The notes: generated by a model not told the origin, from the letters alone. 64,000 nt of DNA from Okamejei kenojei (GCA_035221665.1 CM069148.1:51832001-51896000), one strand, 5' to 3'; positions 51,164-64,000 are shown, counted from the first letter of the stretch. Numbers and translations: made by a program.

Positions 51164-52115
51164 TGATAATTACTCGCTTCTAAGCTTCCCCCCGTCTAGT
51201 TTCAGTAAAAACACCGAATCAAGCACTTGAAACAACTACATTTTATTTTACCAAAAGCACGTCACAGATTACACATTGTACCTATCCCACCGCGGGTTCG
51301 ATCCTCGCGTCTGTCTGTTCAAGCCCTCTAGGCTTTGCTCCCGACAGAGGCACTCCAGAAGTTTACGCGATCCCGAGCGCTCTTCCAGTAGATCGACGCT
51401 GAGCCTCGTGATCATAGACTTTTATGTCCCGGGACCTCGAGGGGCCGAACCACATGGGGGTGGTCTCTCAATAACCCAATTACAGATATCGATTAACCCC
51501 ATGCATAACAGGCATTCCCCTAACCCAATGATCCAACAGTTCAATACATTGTATTCACAACGGACTTCGAGATGAAGTCAACTTGGAAACATTTACCCTG
51601 ATTAACAGAAAACCCAGACAAGGCTCAACTCCTCATCCAATCTACACTTGGCAGTCAGACTCTGCAACATTATTTACAACTATTTACAAGGTCTATTCAT
51701 TGGCTATATTTAAGAGGGAGTTAGATGTGGCCCTTGTGACTAAAGGGATCAGGGGGTATGGAGAGAAGGCAGGTAAAGGATACTGAGTTGGATGATCAGC
51801 CATGATCATATTGAATGGTGGTGCAGGCTTGAAGGGCCGAATGGCCTACTCCTGCACCTAATTACTATGTTTCTATGTATGTCTGGTTTGCAGCCATCCA
51901 ATCCATTCTATGCATTTTGCACCAGATTGACGGGGTTTGCAGAGCTTCCCATTCTTTACTTGCAAATTGTATCTAAGCTCCAGACACACTGGCACCTCTT
52001 CGCAGCCTGTCCCAGCTCTGCAGAGAGTAATTCCAATTAGACCAAATCTCCCAGCAACCCTGAAACATAACCCTAATTTGAAGTCCCAGCTGCTCCAATT
52101 TAGCCAGGATTAACA
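51164..52115 (-). mobile_element. Solo LTR (same family as 55-816) containing a CR1 tail at ~51691-51876
   Basis: TG...CA termini; TSD ACGT at 51160-51163 and 52116-52119; interrupts a Penelope hammerhead repeat. Confidence 0.85.
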
Positions 52116-52669
52116 ACGTTTCCGATCGGGACCTTTCTTCAGACAAAAAGGAGTGTGGGAGATGGGAGAAGGGGGCATCACTGGGCAGCGTGGACTCCTT
52201 ACCAGAGAGAAAGGTCCAGAGGTGGAGGGGGCAGAAGAAGATCTAAACATCATGGACAGCTTGGTACTCATTGAGGTGTGGCCATGGGGATACAAAGGTA
52301 AATCTAAAGAATAAAGGGGAGGTCATTTAAGACTGAGGTGAAAAAAAACATTTTCACCCAGAGAGTTTATGGAATTCCCTGCCACAGAGGGCAGTGGAGG
52401 CCAAGTCACTGGATGGATTTAAGAGAAAGTTAGATAGAACTCTAGGGGCTAGTGGAGTCAAGGGATATGGGGAGAAGGCAGGCACGGGTTATTGATAGGG
52501 GATGGTCAGCCATGATCACAATGAATGGCAGTGCTGGCTCAAAGGGCCGAATGGCCTCCTCCTGCACCTATTTTCTATGCTTCTGTGTAAGGCCTCTCTA
52601 CTGAAGACCAACCACTCTGTTTCAGGTAGAGGGAGGTCAGGGAGGATGGTGAAACTTGTCGGGGGTTTA

Positions 52670-53030
52670 TAGTTTAGTTCAATGTCACGTGTACCGAGGT
52701 ACAGTGAAAAGCTTTTGTTGCGTGCTATCCAGTCAGCAGAAAGACAACACATGATTACAATCGTGCCATTTCCAGTGTATAGATACATGATAAGGGAATA
52801 ACATTTAGTTCAAGGTAAAGCCAGCAAAGTCCTATCAAGGATAGTGTGAGGGTCACCAGTAAGGTAGATAGTAGATATGTAGGTACATAGCACTGCTCTC
52901 TGGTTGTGGTAGGATAATTCAGTTGCCTGATACGGCTTGGAAGAAACTGTTCATGAATCTGGAGGTGTGCATTTTCACACTTCTCTACCGTTTCCCCAGA
53001 GGGAGAGGGGAGAGGGTGATGGCTGGGGTC
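52670..53030 (-). mobile_element. Rex1/Babar LINE 3' fragment
   Basis: gtcacgtgtaccgaggtacagtgaaaagc...gaagaaactgttcatgaatctggagg. Confidence 0.75.
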
Positions 53031-55657
53031 AGAGAGGGGGGCAGAGGAGTGGAGGGTGGAGGCACCGTCAGGGGATGGTGGGGGCTCGGTGGGGTGGGGC
53101 TGTGAGGGATAGTATCGGGATGGTGCTGGGAGAAGTAGCACGGTTGGAAAGTGGGGAAGGGCAGCAGGACCCAATAGTGCTGTTAGAGTTATAGTCTTGC
53201 AGGATGGAAACAGGCCCTTCAGCCCAACTTGCCCACACCGACCAACATGTCCCATCTACACCAGTCCCACCTGCCTGCGTTTGGCCCATATCCCTCTAAA
53301 CCCCATCCTATCCATGTACTTGTCTAAATATTTCTTAAACATCACGATATTACCTGCCTAAACTACCTCCTCTAGCAAATCGTTCCAAAACCACCACCCT
53401 TCCTGTAAAAAAAGTTTCTCCTCACCTTAAACCTATGTCCTCAGGTTCTCGATTTCCCTACTCTGGGCAAGAGACTGTGGATCTACCAAATCTATTCCGC
53501 TCATGGTCTTATGAGGTGAGAGGGGCAAGGTTTTAATAGGGACATGAGGGGCACAGAAGGTGGTAGGCATGTGGAATGAGCTGCCAGAGGAGGTAGTTGA
53601 GGCAGGAACTACAACGGTATTTAAAAGACATTTGGATAGGTACATGGATAGGAAAGGTTTAAAGGGAAGGCTCATAGTGCTGGAGTAACTCAGCGGGTCA
53701 GGCAGCATCTCAGGTGAATATGTAGAGATGATGATTTGAGTTGGGACTCTCAGCACTTTTAGTTTAGCTTGGTTTAGAGATACAGCGCGGAAACAGGCCT
53801 GCACCGACTAGTGATCCCCACACATTAACACTACCCTACACACACTGGGGCCATTTTACATTTATACCAAGCCAAATAAACTACAAACGTGAGTGTGGGA
53901 GAAAATCAAAGATCTCGGAGAAAACGCATGCAGGCCACAAACTCCGAACAGACAGCACCCGTATTCAGGATCAAATGCGGGTCCCAACGCCAGAGACTTG
54001 GGTTTGATCCCGACTACGGGTGCGCTCTGCACTGAGTTTGTACTTTCTCCCTGTGACCGCGTGGACCTAGTGTGTAGGGAGTGGATGTAAAAGTAGAAAA
54101 ACATAGAACTAGTGTGAATGGGCGATCACTGGTGATTGTGGACTCGATCGGCCAAAGTTCCACGCTGTATCTGTAAACCAAACTAAACTAAACTGAACAA
54201 TCCTTTGATAAGCTACTGTCTGATTCACCTCCACCCCACTGCAGAATTGGACTTTGTCTCTGGAACTGATGCGCTACAATGCTGGGAACTACATTCTGCA
54301 CTCTGTATCTTCCCCTTTGCTCCACCTATTGGACTGGATTTTGGCTTGATTGCATTTATGTAGAGTATTATGTGAACTGTTTGGATAGAATGCAACAAAG
54401 CTTTTCATTGTACATCGACACACGTGACAATAATAAATCTAAATCTATACGTTAAAGTTCTCAGCATTTAATCATGTTACTTTAATATTTCATCCTCCCA
54501 ATAGGTTTTGCAGAGTTGTAACCATCTAACATCCCATCCAATTCAAGCCTCTCTCATGCCCACATTCAATTATTAACTGCACTTCCACTAAATCTCCCCT
54601 CAGCCTCCTGTAATCTAAGCAAAACAGTCCCAACCTAGATAATCTCCCATCATAACCCCGGATCACCAACGCATGCCTAAATCTTCTCTGGACTTTCACA
54701 CGTGATTTGTCAATTTCAATGATTTTTAAACATTTAGACTTTACAGATACAACATGGAAACAGGCCCTTCAGCCCACCGAGTCCGTGCCGACCAGCAAGC
54801 AATCGATATCGAGTTTGTACGTTCTCCCTGTGACTGCATGGGTTTTCACCGGGTGCTCCAGTTTCCAACCACATTCCAAAGTCATGCAGGTTTGTAGGTA
54901 CGTTAACTTTGGTAAATTGTAAGGTTGTCCGTAGTGTGTAGTTTAGTGTTAGTGTAAAGAATGATCACTGGTTGGTGCTGGCTCGGTGGGCCGAAGGGTC
55001 TGTTTACACACTGTGTCTCTAAAGTCTACATTATATACAAGAAGCAATTTTTAAAAAGAAGGAAGGTGAGATGTGCTGAAATGCTGCCTGGGACCTCCGA
55101 TGGCAACTGGCATGGATATTGGTCTGCCCACCATTAAGAGCATCTGTTTGGAGCAGCCTGATGCAAAGTTGGGGCACAGGCTGCCAGATGGAGTTGCTGT
55201 CATAATCCATCTACATGCAGATGCTCTGGAATGATGCCCAGGCAATGGAATTCATCTCCACTTCCCACTTACCGGGTGAAGCTTTCCTAGAACTTGGCAT
55301 CCATTCCATGAAGGAAGGCGACTGGAAGCCGGCCAGCAGCTTTGACCAGGGAGAAAGTGCCGGCATCTCACTCCCTGCCCTTCCCCGAGAGATGGGAGGT
55401 AATCCTCCACCACGCACACCTTCTGTTTCCATTTTCTAAGAAGATTTTCTCCTAAAACTTGCCTGACTCTTTAATCAGTCCTAATGGGGACGCAAGTAAC
55501 CCTTGCTTTCCCATCCCTCCCCCTTCCCAGTTCTCCCATCAGTGTTACATTCTCCGATTACATTTTATCTCTGTCTGTTTTGTTGTTACCTTCTCCCAGC
55601 TAAACAATTCTCCATTTTCCTTGATCTACATTCCCTTTGTCCTATTTTCACTCCTTT

Positions 55658-56172
55658 AGCGGCTGTCCCACTGCGGCGACCTAAAAAGTTTGAAAAAGTG
55701 TCATGTTGGAAGACCTCCTTCGACCTCCTTCCACTATATTGATGACTAGCTTCGACTAGCTTTAGGAAAATTGGACAACGAATAGTGTAGAGTGAAGACG
55801 ACCTCTTTCGATCTCCTTTGACCTCCCTTCGACTATGTTGAAGACTATCTACGACTACTCTTCGCCTACCTTTGATTACATTAGACTACCCTCGATTACC
55901 TACGAATATAATGCCTACCTCGACTAAACCTACGAGTAAACAAAATATCGATTTTTTTCCATGACAACCTTTTTTTACTTGCGGGCATTTTTCAACATGT
56001 TGAAAAATACGGCGCGACCTAGCTGAGGCCTCAAGTACGCGGGGACTACTCACGAGCATGAAGGAGAGTTACAAAGACCTCCTAGGACCTCGTGTCGACT
56101 ATGCTGCGAGTATGAGTCGAGGGCAAACTCTTCTGAACTCGCGGATTAGGTCGTCGCAGTGGGACAGCCCCT
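55658..56172. mobile_element. PIF/Harbinger-type MITE (515 bp) inserted in a Penelope 3' fragment
   Basis: TIR ag(c/g)ggctgtcccactgcg(g/a)cgacctaa, TTT flanks, CpG-rich cgacct/cgacta internal repeats. Confidence 0.8.
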
Positions 56173-56216
56173 TTTTTTACACTTCCTTATCTATGTATCT
56201 CCCTCTCCCCTGACAT

Positions 56217-56255
56217 CAGTCTGAAGAAGGGTCTCGACCCAAAACGTCACCCATT
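56217..56255 (+). ncRNA. Near-consensus hammerhead motif (G12>A)
   Basis: cagtCTGAAGAAgggtctcgacccAAAACGTCacc. Confidence 0.55.
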
Positions 56256-56759
56256 CCTTCTCTCCAGTTGAGTTATTCCAGCATTTTGTGTCTATCTAAT
56301 GGAATGTATTCTTCCCACTGAATTATTGAAGTTTGAACTACACTTGGTCTCCAGTCCAAAAGTTATCTCAAAAATCATTTTGCCCTTCAGATTTGCCATT
56401 ATAACACTGATGGGGACAGACTTTGCCTTGCACCACTGATATTTTCCTGGAGCTTGCAAAGAAAGCACTTGTTTCAGAAAGAAAAAGTGGCATTCTTTCA
56501 AACATATAATAAAAAAAAGCTTTCTGTCGATTTGTAGCACTAATGTTACCTTGTAGTTCAATAGATGCTCAAAGGAACTTGGGTTTCAAGGCAGCACTCT
56601 GCTATTGCTGACACTGTTCTCAATTGGGTTAAATTACCAGCTCTGCAATTATGCCGTGACCATCTCTATGACACCAATAGCCTCAGCCTCAGATCCTCTG
56701 CTGTAGTGCTTACGTTGGCTAGATGTGAATTGAAGAACCAACATACAGACAGCACCAAG

Positions 56760-58290
56760 CTGGAGCGGGTAGAGCTGCTGCCTCACAGCACCAGAGATCC
56801 TGCTTTGATCCTGACCTCGGCTGCTGTGTCTGTGTGGAGTTTGCACATTCTCCCTGTGACCGCGTGGGTTTCTTCCTGGTGCGCCAGTTTCCTCCCACAT
56901 CCCAAAGACGTGCAGGTTTGTAGGTTAATTGGCCCTCTGTAATTTGCTCCTGGTGTGTAGGGAGTGGATGAGAAAGCGGGACAACGTAACTAGTGTGAAC
57001 GGGTGATCGATGGTCGGTGCGGACTCAACAGGCCGAAGGGCCTGTATCTATACTGTATCACTAAACTAAACCAAAGTAGAATATGCTCTGAGGGCAATAA
57101 TTACATGGACCATTGTTTCAAGCTTTAGCAGAGCCAGAATTATCTACACTTTCAAACCATTGGTAGAGTTTCTCAAGTGGCAGCGATTTACCGTGTCCAC
57201 AATGAAATCTAAGGGATGTGAAATGGTCTCAGAGTATTTAATCATTGGTCTTAGCTCTGGACCAGAACTCAATTAGAATCTTGCTTCAGGATTTGCATTA
57301 TCAAAACCATCTGATGAATGATCCTTTAGCCCACTGTGTACACGCCAACCATTGATCAGCCGTACACTAGTTCTATCCGACACACTTCCACAATTTACAA
57401 AGCCAATTAACCTACAAGCCTGCACATCTGTGAAGTGTGGGAGGAAACCGGAGAACAGGGAGAAAACTCACGCACGTCACGGGGAGAACGTACAAACTCC
57501 GTACAGACAGCACCCGTAGTCAGGATCGAACCCAGGTCTCTGGTGCTGTGAGGCAGCAACTCTACTGCTGTCCAATGTGACCCTACCTGCATGTGACCCA
57601 TACCCTCCATTCCCTGCATAACCATGTGCCTATCCAAAAGTCCTTAAAATGTCACTATCGTGTCTGCCCTCACTATAGCCCCGGCAACACATTCCAGGCC
57701 CTCACCAAACATCCCGCACATCTCCTTTAAATGTTGCCCCTCCCATTAAAGGGTATGGCCCTCTGGGATTTGTCTTTTGTCCATCCTGGGAAAAAGGTTC
57801 TGCCAATCTGCCCCGTCTATGCCTCTCATCATTTTATATACTTCTTACAGAACTCCTCTCAATATTCAATGTTCCAGAGAAAACAATCCTTGTAGCTGTC
57901 CCTATAGCAACCTCTTAATCCAGGCACCATTCTGGTACGCCTCTGTGCACCCTGTCCAAAGCCTCCACATCCTTCCTGTAATGGCGCAGCGGCAGAGTTG
58001 CTGCCTTACAGCGAATGCAGCGCCGGAGACCCGGGTTCCGTCCCGACTACGGGTGCTGTCTGTACGGAGTTTGTACGTTCTCCCCGTGACCTGCGTGGGT
58101 GTTCTCCAAGATCTCCGGTTTCCTCACACACTCCAAAGACATACAGGTTTGTAGGTTAATTGGTTTGGTAAATGTCAAAATTGTCCCTAGTGTTAGGACA
58201 GTGTTAATGTGTGGGGATCGCTGGTCGGCGCGGACCTGGTGGGCCGAACGGTCTGTTCCCTCACTGTATCTCTAAATTAGACGAAAAAAA
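56760..58290. mobile_element. Cluster of HE1-like SINEs (56760-57075 +, 57325-57570 -, 57980-58290 +) and a CR1 fragment (57580-57980 -)
   Basis: Consensus matches. Confidence 0.8.
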
Positions 58291-58508
58291 ACAAAAAAAT
58301 ACTCCAAATGCGGCTTGACCAAAGTCTTGGAGAGTCTGCTTCATGACTTCCTGACTCTTACGTTCCTCGCTTTGTCCGGAACTTGGTAACATCACATCCT
58401 TCATAGAACATAGAAAAATACAGCACAGGAACAGGCTCTTCCGCTCTCAATGTACATATCAAACACAATGACAAGATAGACAAATCTCATCAGTCTGTAC
58501 ATTATCTA

Positions 58509-60127
58509 CAGTGGCTTGCAAAAGTATTCATACCCCTTGAACTTTTCCACATTTTGTCACGTTACAACCACAAACGTAAATGTATTTTATTGGGATTTTA
58601 TGTGATAGACCAACACAAAGTGGTGCATAATTGTGAAGTGGAAGGAAAATGATACATGGTTTTCAAATTTTTTTACAAATTAAAAAACTGAAAAGTGTGG
58701 CGTGCAAAGGTATTCAGCCCCCTTTACTCTGATACCCCTAAATAAAATCCAGTGCAACCAATTGCCTTCAGAAGTCACCTAATTAGTAAATAGAGTCCAC
58801 TTGTGTGTAATCTAATCTCAGTATAAATACAACTGTTCTGTGAAGGCCTCAGAGGTTTGTTAGAGAACATTAGTGAACAAACAGCATCATGAATCCCAAG
58901 GAACACACCAAACAGGTCAGGGATAAAGTTGTGGAGAAGTTTAAAGCAGGGTTAGGTTATAAAAAAATATCCCAAGCTTTGAACATCTCACGGAGCACTG
59001 TTCAATCCATCGTCCGAAAATGGAAAGAGTATGGCACAACTGCAAACCTACCAAGACATGGCCGTCCACCTAAACTGACAGGCCGGGCAAGGAGAGCATT
59101 GATCAGAGAAGCAGCCAAGAGGCCCATGGTAACTCTGGAGAAGCTGCAGAGATCTACAGCTCAGGTGGGAGAATCTGTCCACAGGACAACTATTAGTCGT
59201 GCTCTCCACAAATCGGGCCTTTATGGAAGAGTGGCAAGAAGAAAGCCATTGTTGAAACAAAGCCATAAGAAGTCCCGTTTGCAGTTTGCCACAAGCCATG
59301 TGGGGAACACAGCAAACATGTGGAGGAAGGTGCTCTGGTCTGATGAGACCAAAATTGAAGTTTTTGGCCTAAATGCAAAACGCTATGTGTGGTGGAAAAC
59401 TAACACAGCACATCACCCTGAACACACCATCCCCACTGTGAAACATGGTGGTGGCAGCATCATGCTGTGGGGATGCTTTTCTTCAGCAGGGACAGGGAAG
59501 CTGGTCAGAGTTGATGGGAAGATGGATGGAGCCAAATACAGGGCAATCTTGGAAGGAAACCTGTTAGAGTCTGCAAAAGACTTGAGACTGGGGCGGAGGT
59601 TCACCTTCCAGCAGGACAACGACCCTAAACATACAGCCAGAGCTACAATGGAATGGTTTAGATCAAAGCATATTCATGTGTTAGAATGGACCAGTCAAAG
59701 TCCAGACCTAAATCCAATTGAGAATCTCTGGCAAGACTTGAAAATTGCTGTTCACAGACGCTCTCCATCCAATCTGACTGAGCTTGAGCTATTTTGCAAA
59801 GAACAATGGGCAAAAATGTCAGTCTCTAGATGTGCAAAGCTGGTAGAGACATACCCCAAAAGACTTGCAGCTGTAATTGCAGCGAAAGGTGGTTCTACAA
59901 AGTATTGACTCATGGGGGCTGTATACTTTTGCAAGCCACACTTTTTCAGTTTTTTATTTGTAATAAAATTTGGAAACCATGTATAATTTTCCTTCCACTT
60001 CACAATTATGCGCCACTTTGTGTTGGTCTATCACATAAAATCCCAATAAAATACATTTACGTTTGTGGTTGTAACGTGACAAAATGTGGAAAAGTTCAAG
60101 GGGTATGAATACTTTTGCAAGCCACTC
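58509..60127 (+). mobile_element. Full-length Tc1 (Passport-like IR/DR) transposon
   Basis: TA TSD at 58507-08 and 60128-29; 214-bp TIRs (58509-58722, 59914-60127) with outer and inner direct repeats. Confidence 0.97.
58889..59908 (+). CDS. Intact Tc1 transposase, 339 aa, DD34E
   Basis: Paired-like HTH, GRPPK linker, WSDETK / QQDND / SPDLNPIE with exactly 34 residues between the second D and E. Confidence 0.97.
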   Translation: MNPKEHTKQVRDKVVEKFKAGLGYKKISQALNISRSTVQSIVRKWKEYGTTANLPRHGRPPKLTGRARRALIREAAKRPMVTLEKLQRSTAQVGESVHRTTISRALHKSGLYGRVARRKPLLKQSHKKSRLQFATSHVGNTANMWRKVLWSDETKIEVFGLNAKRYVWWKTNTAHHPEHTIPTVKHGGGSIMLWGCFSSAGTGKLVRVDGKMDGAKYRAILEGNLLESAKDLRLGRRFTFQQDNDPKHTARATMEWFRSKHIHVLEWTSQSPDLNPIENLWQDLKIAVHRRSPSNLTELELFCKEQWAKMSVSRCAKLVETYPKRLAAVIAAKGGSTKY

Positions 60128-60154
60128 TATAACCATCCATTCCTTTCTTATCCA

Positions 60155-60212
60155 TGTGTGTGTGTGTGTGTGTGTGTGTGCGTGCGTGCTTGCGTGCGTG
60201 TGCGTGTGTGTG
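60155..60212. repeat. (TG)n/(TGCG)n microsatellite
   Basis: Directly visible. Confidence 0.95.
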
Positions 60213-60554
60213 TCTATCTATCTAAGGTAGACACAAAATGCTGGAGTAACTCAGCGGGACAGGCAGCATCTCTGGTGAGAAGGAATGGGTGACGTTTCGG
60301 GTCGAGACTGATAGATCTATCTATCTATCTCACATCAGTCAGTGCACGGGTCAATTATGGACAAACGATAAATAAGGGCCATGCCAAGAATATCCTTTTT
60401 CTGCAAGTGATGAGTGATGGCCTCTCTTTAAGGGTTTGCTTTTCTTCCTGTTTATACTAGGTCAAAGTGTCCAAGTACTTCGAATTATCTTGGAATTTTA
60501 GATCTCTGCAAATGTCAGTATAACATAACACCTCTTCTCTATTTACATCCTGTG

Positions 60555-60985
60555 TGTTTTAGTTTAGTTTAGTTTGATTTAGAGATACAGCATGGAAATA
60601 GGCCTCATTGGCCAAGCAAGTCCAGTTCTATGTTATCCCACTTTTGCATCCACTCCCCATATGTTGATGGGGGGAGTGTGCAAACTACACACAGACAGCA
60701 CCCGAGGTCAGGATCGAACGGGGGCCCCGACTGGGTCCGTGCCAACCAGCGATCCCCACACATTAACACTATCCTACACCTACCTAGGGACAATTTTCAC
60801 ATTTAAACTACAAACCTGTACGTCTTTGGAGTGTGGGAGGAACCCGAAGATTTTGGAGACAATCCATCCGGTCAAGGGGAGAGCGTACAAACTCCGTACA
60901 GACAGCATCCGTAGTCAGGATCGAACCCGAGTCTCCGCTGGAAGCGCTGTAAGGCAGCAACTCCACTGCTGCGCCACCGTGATCA
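60555..60985 (-). mobile_element. Two HE1-like SINE pieces
   Basis: Reverse-complement SINE segments. Confidence 0.75.
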
Positions 60986-61053
60986 CCCATCTGGTGCCTG
61001 TATCCCCTGCACCAGTGCTGCACCTTTGTAACAGATACACTCTCACCTAACTG

Positions 61054-64000
61054 ATTTCACTTCGGAGTCATGTGAGTGACCGTGAAGACCCCGCCAGCAC
61101 GATGCGCGACATATCATGTGTAGCACATTGCACACCGACAGGCTGGGCGGAGCGCAGCTCCTCTACCGGCAACTTTAAAAAGGTAAGTTCAGCTAACCTT
61201 GAGTTGGTTAAGGAACTCAGTCTTCATTTGTGTTACAGAGCACCTACGAATCGAGCATGGAAAAAGCTCGAGGTAAGAAAAGGGCTGCTTCCAGGCGCAC
61301 CACGGTGGACCGCGGGACTGCAGGGAAACATCAGCGGCCAAAAACACCAGAGCTGGCCGTTGAACATACGGCAGCCCCCGACTTCATACCACTACAGTCC
61401 GGAGGACCACCGCGGGCTGGCGGTAAGGCAGCGCGGAAGCCGGGTAGCCCCGTTGAAACGGCAGGCCCCGACTACACCGCTACGGTCCGGAGGACCACCG
61501 TGGACTGGCGGTAAGGCCATTCAGAAGTCGGGCAGCCCCGTTGACTCAGCTGAGTCTGGGCATGACAACCTGCCGTTCGCAGATAGCGACGGCGATGGTA
61601 TTTCCCACATGGAGCGGATGATGGAGCATTACTCCAGAGGGACCTACTCCAGCAGGGGTCTGGTCACCGTGTGCCTCTTCACAGGCCCATGGCAGTACCC
61701 TATTCAGGGCTGCCCAATGACTCTCCCTCCTCGCAGGGGAGCATCAGGAGTCAGGGCTGGGCTGACTTCGAAGAGGGGTTGACTGAAGAATCAAACTTGC
61801 TGGGGGTGCAAGAAGAGGAACTTCTGGGTATGGTATCCAAGTTTGCAATACCATCCCAGAAAGGACAGCCACTAAAGCAGCAGTTGGCAGCGAGTATCAA
61901 CTACCTAACTACGCACTAGCTGCAGGAGCAGGTAATGACCGATACTGCAGGCGGATACCTTGCCCCGGAGAACTGCGTGTCTCTGAACTGTCAACAACCC
62001 CATCTGGGGGAACATAAGCCCCAGCATCAGGGCACAAGAAATAAAGATGCAGAAAATTCTGAAACTGCTAGCCACAGGGAGCACTGCGGTCGCCAGGTCT
62101 GTGGATGGCACGGATATGACGGAGGAGCAACAGGACGCGTTAGCCCTGTTTTGCAACGTGCAATTTGAAATAAATTGTTTCAGGAAAAGCACGATCCATC
62201 CAACGCTCAACCCCAAATTTGCAGGGTTGTGCAAAACCAGCAGTACACCACCGCCAAATTTGCTGTTTGGAGACAACCTGCCTAAACAGGTCAAGGACCT
62301 GGATGTGGAAGCTAAAGCGGTGGGCATGATAAAGCCACCTTCCACCTTCAGGTCGACAGCATACCAGCAGCAGAACCCCTGTGCAACCACCAACAGGCCC
62401 CACTACCATACAGACAGGGGCGGGTGAAACTCCGAAGGTCGCACCATTTACGCAGAGGTCTTTTTTAGGCCATGCCCCAGAGCGGCCTTCGTGGAAGATG
62501 CGTCAACCCCACACCACAGTGCCTCCACCTCCCAAGAGCCAAGGACGGAAGAACCCGACCAAACGCCACCGGTAACCATCAAGGTAGGTGGGTCTGGTTG
62601 CCTTGAGAAGACCGCATGCATAACTTCACAAATAGGGGATAGGTTATACCTGTTTGAGGATGCATGGAGTTCCATAATTTCTGACCTCTTTATATTGCAC
62701 AGTATTTAGGGATATAAAATTGAATTCATTAACAAACTCCTCCCACCAGTTCAACATGTACCTAGCTGGAAATTTGTACTTTCTCAAAAGGAGAAAGTGG
62801 AAGGACATGTGGAACTACTTAGATTATATGCTAAGGGAGTAATAGAGAAAACTAAGCATGAACCTCTTGAGTTTGTATCAAACATCTTCACAAAAAACAA
62901 AAAAAATGGAGGATGCAGCATTATCATTGACTTAACTCAGCTGAATACTTTTGTGCAATATACCCACTTCAAAATGGAAACATTTGTAACTGCCAAACAA
63001 CTAGTTTCCAGAGGGTACTTCATGGCCTGCATCGACCTAAAAGATGCATACTATTCAGTACCCATACATAAAGATCACCGCAGACATTTGAAGTTTATCT
63101 GGATGGGGCAGCTATGGCAGTACAGAGCGCTGCCTAATGGATTAACAACAGCTCCCAGGCTATTTACCAAAATATAAAACCAGCATTGGCGTCTTTACGA
63201 AAACAAAACCATATTGTCATGGCTTAGCTTGATGACATCTTAATTGTGGCAAAAACCTTGGAATTGGTTAAGTTAGTTGTGACAGCACCAATTTGCTATT
63301 TCAAAAGCTGGGATTTATCATCCATCCAGATAAATCCAAGTTAATGTCCTCTGTCGTAGTGGACTATCTCGGGTTTACGATTGACACTATTCACATGACT
63401 GTCACTTTACCAAAAAATAAGACAGACTTAATAGAGACATGTAATAACCTTGTTTGCGCTAGTAAATCGACCATTCGGCATGCTGCCAGGGTAATCGGGA
63501 AACGTGGCTACATTTCCAGCTACACATTATGGACTGTTACATTATCAAAATTTACAAAGAGCCAAAATCTCAGCACTCAAATCTCATGCTGGTCATTTTG
63601 ACAGGCCTATGCAGCTACCGGCCAAAGCAAAAATCGAACTGCGATGGTGGATTAGCAACATTCGACATTGGTTTAATCCCATCACAATTACAAATCCTTC
63701 AGTCGTGTTACAAACTGATGCCAGTGCTCACAGTTGGGGAGCTACCGATACCACCTCCAGTTGTGGCAGTAGATGGAATTCGCACGAATCTACTTTACTT
63801 CAGGCACAAGGTATTAACTATTTAGAAATGTTGGGAGCGTTTCACGGGCTACGGGCCTACTGTACAGACATGCATCATCTGCATGTTCGTCTACAAATAG
63901 ACAACACCACAGTGGTGGCATATTTAAATCATATGGGTGGTATCAAGTTGATATCTGTGATGAATTGGCAAATATAATTTGGCACTGGTGCATAGAAAGA
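61054..64000 (+). mobile_element. Decayed DIRS-type (tyrosine recombinase class) retrotransposon, truncated by the window edge
   Basis: gag-like region with LFG motif (62047-62427); pol start IGDRL..F...W...GYKIEF; RT IDLKDAY...ALPNGLTTAPRLFTK; RNase H TDAS...INYLE...DNTTVVAYLN.GG. YLDD is mutated to *LDD (TAG 63225). The left boundary is uncertain. Confidence 0.9.

Noticed and set aside
61072-61782. 236-aa ORF as a novel gene
   Set aside because: Alternative frame across the GC-rich DIRS leader/gag, starting at GTG; no evidence of an independent gene.

Overview
Eukaryotic, repeat-rich vertebrate DNA. It is very probably from an elasmobranch (shark/ray/skate), inferred from HE1/V-SINEs with CR1-derived tails. 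The only host gene is the 3' end of SOX6 on the + strand: three coding exons (16917/16977-17150, 34204-34420, 37253-37556) encoding the HMG box and C-terminus, then an apparently ~7.4 kb 3'UTR dense in miR-499/208 and miR-219 seed sites. The rest is a transposon landscape: many CR1 LINE 3' ends (one with a near-intact RT ORF), Rex1/Babar fragments, about 20 HE1-like SINEs, two Passport-like Tc1 copies (one with an intact 339-aa DD34E transposase), two solo LTRs, two Harbinger-type MITEs and a decayed DIRS element running off the right edge. The most notable unannotated layer is about 25 short Penelope-derived elements carrying a minimal, dimer-type hammerhead ribozyme motif, often as fold-backs, inside and downstream of SOX6. 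Other oddities: both Tc1 copies sit at the same homologous nucleotide of CR1 3' ends, two young CR1 tails start at an identical base, and two unrelated MITEs share a perfect 22-bp palindrome. Coordinates were read by eye and repeat boundaries are approximate; family names come from recalled motifs, not database searches.
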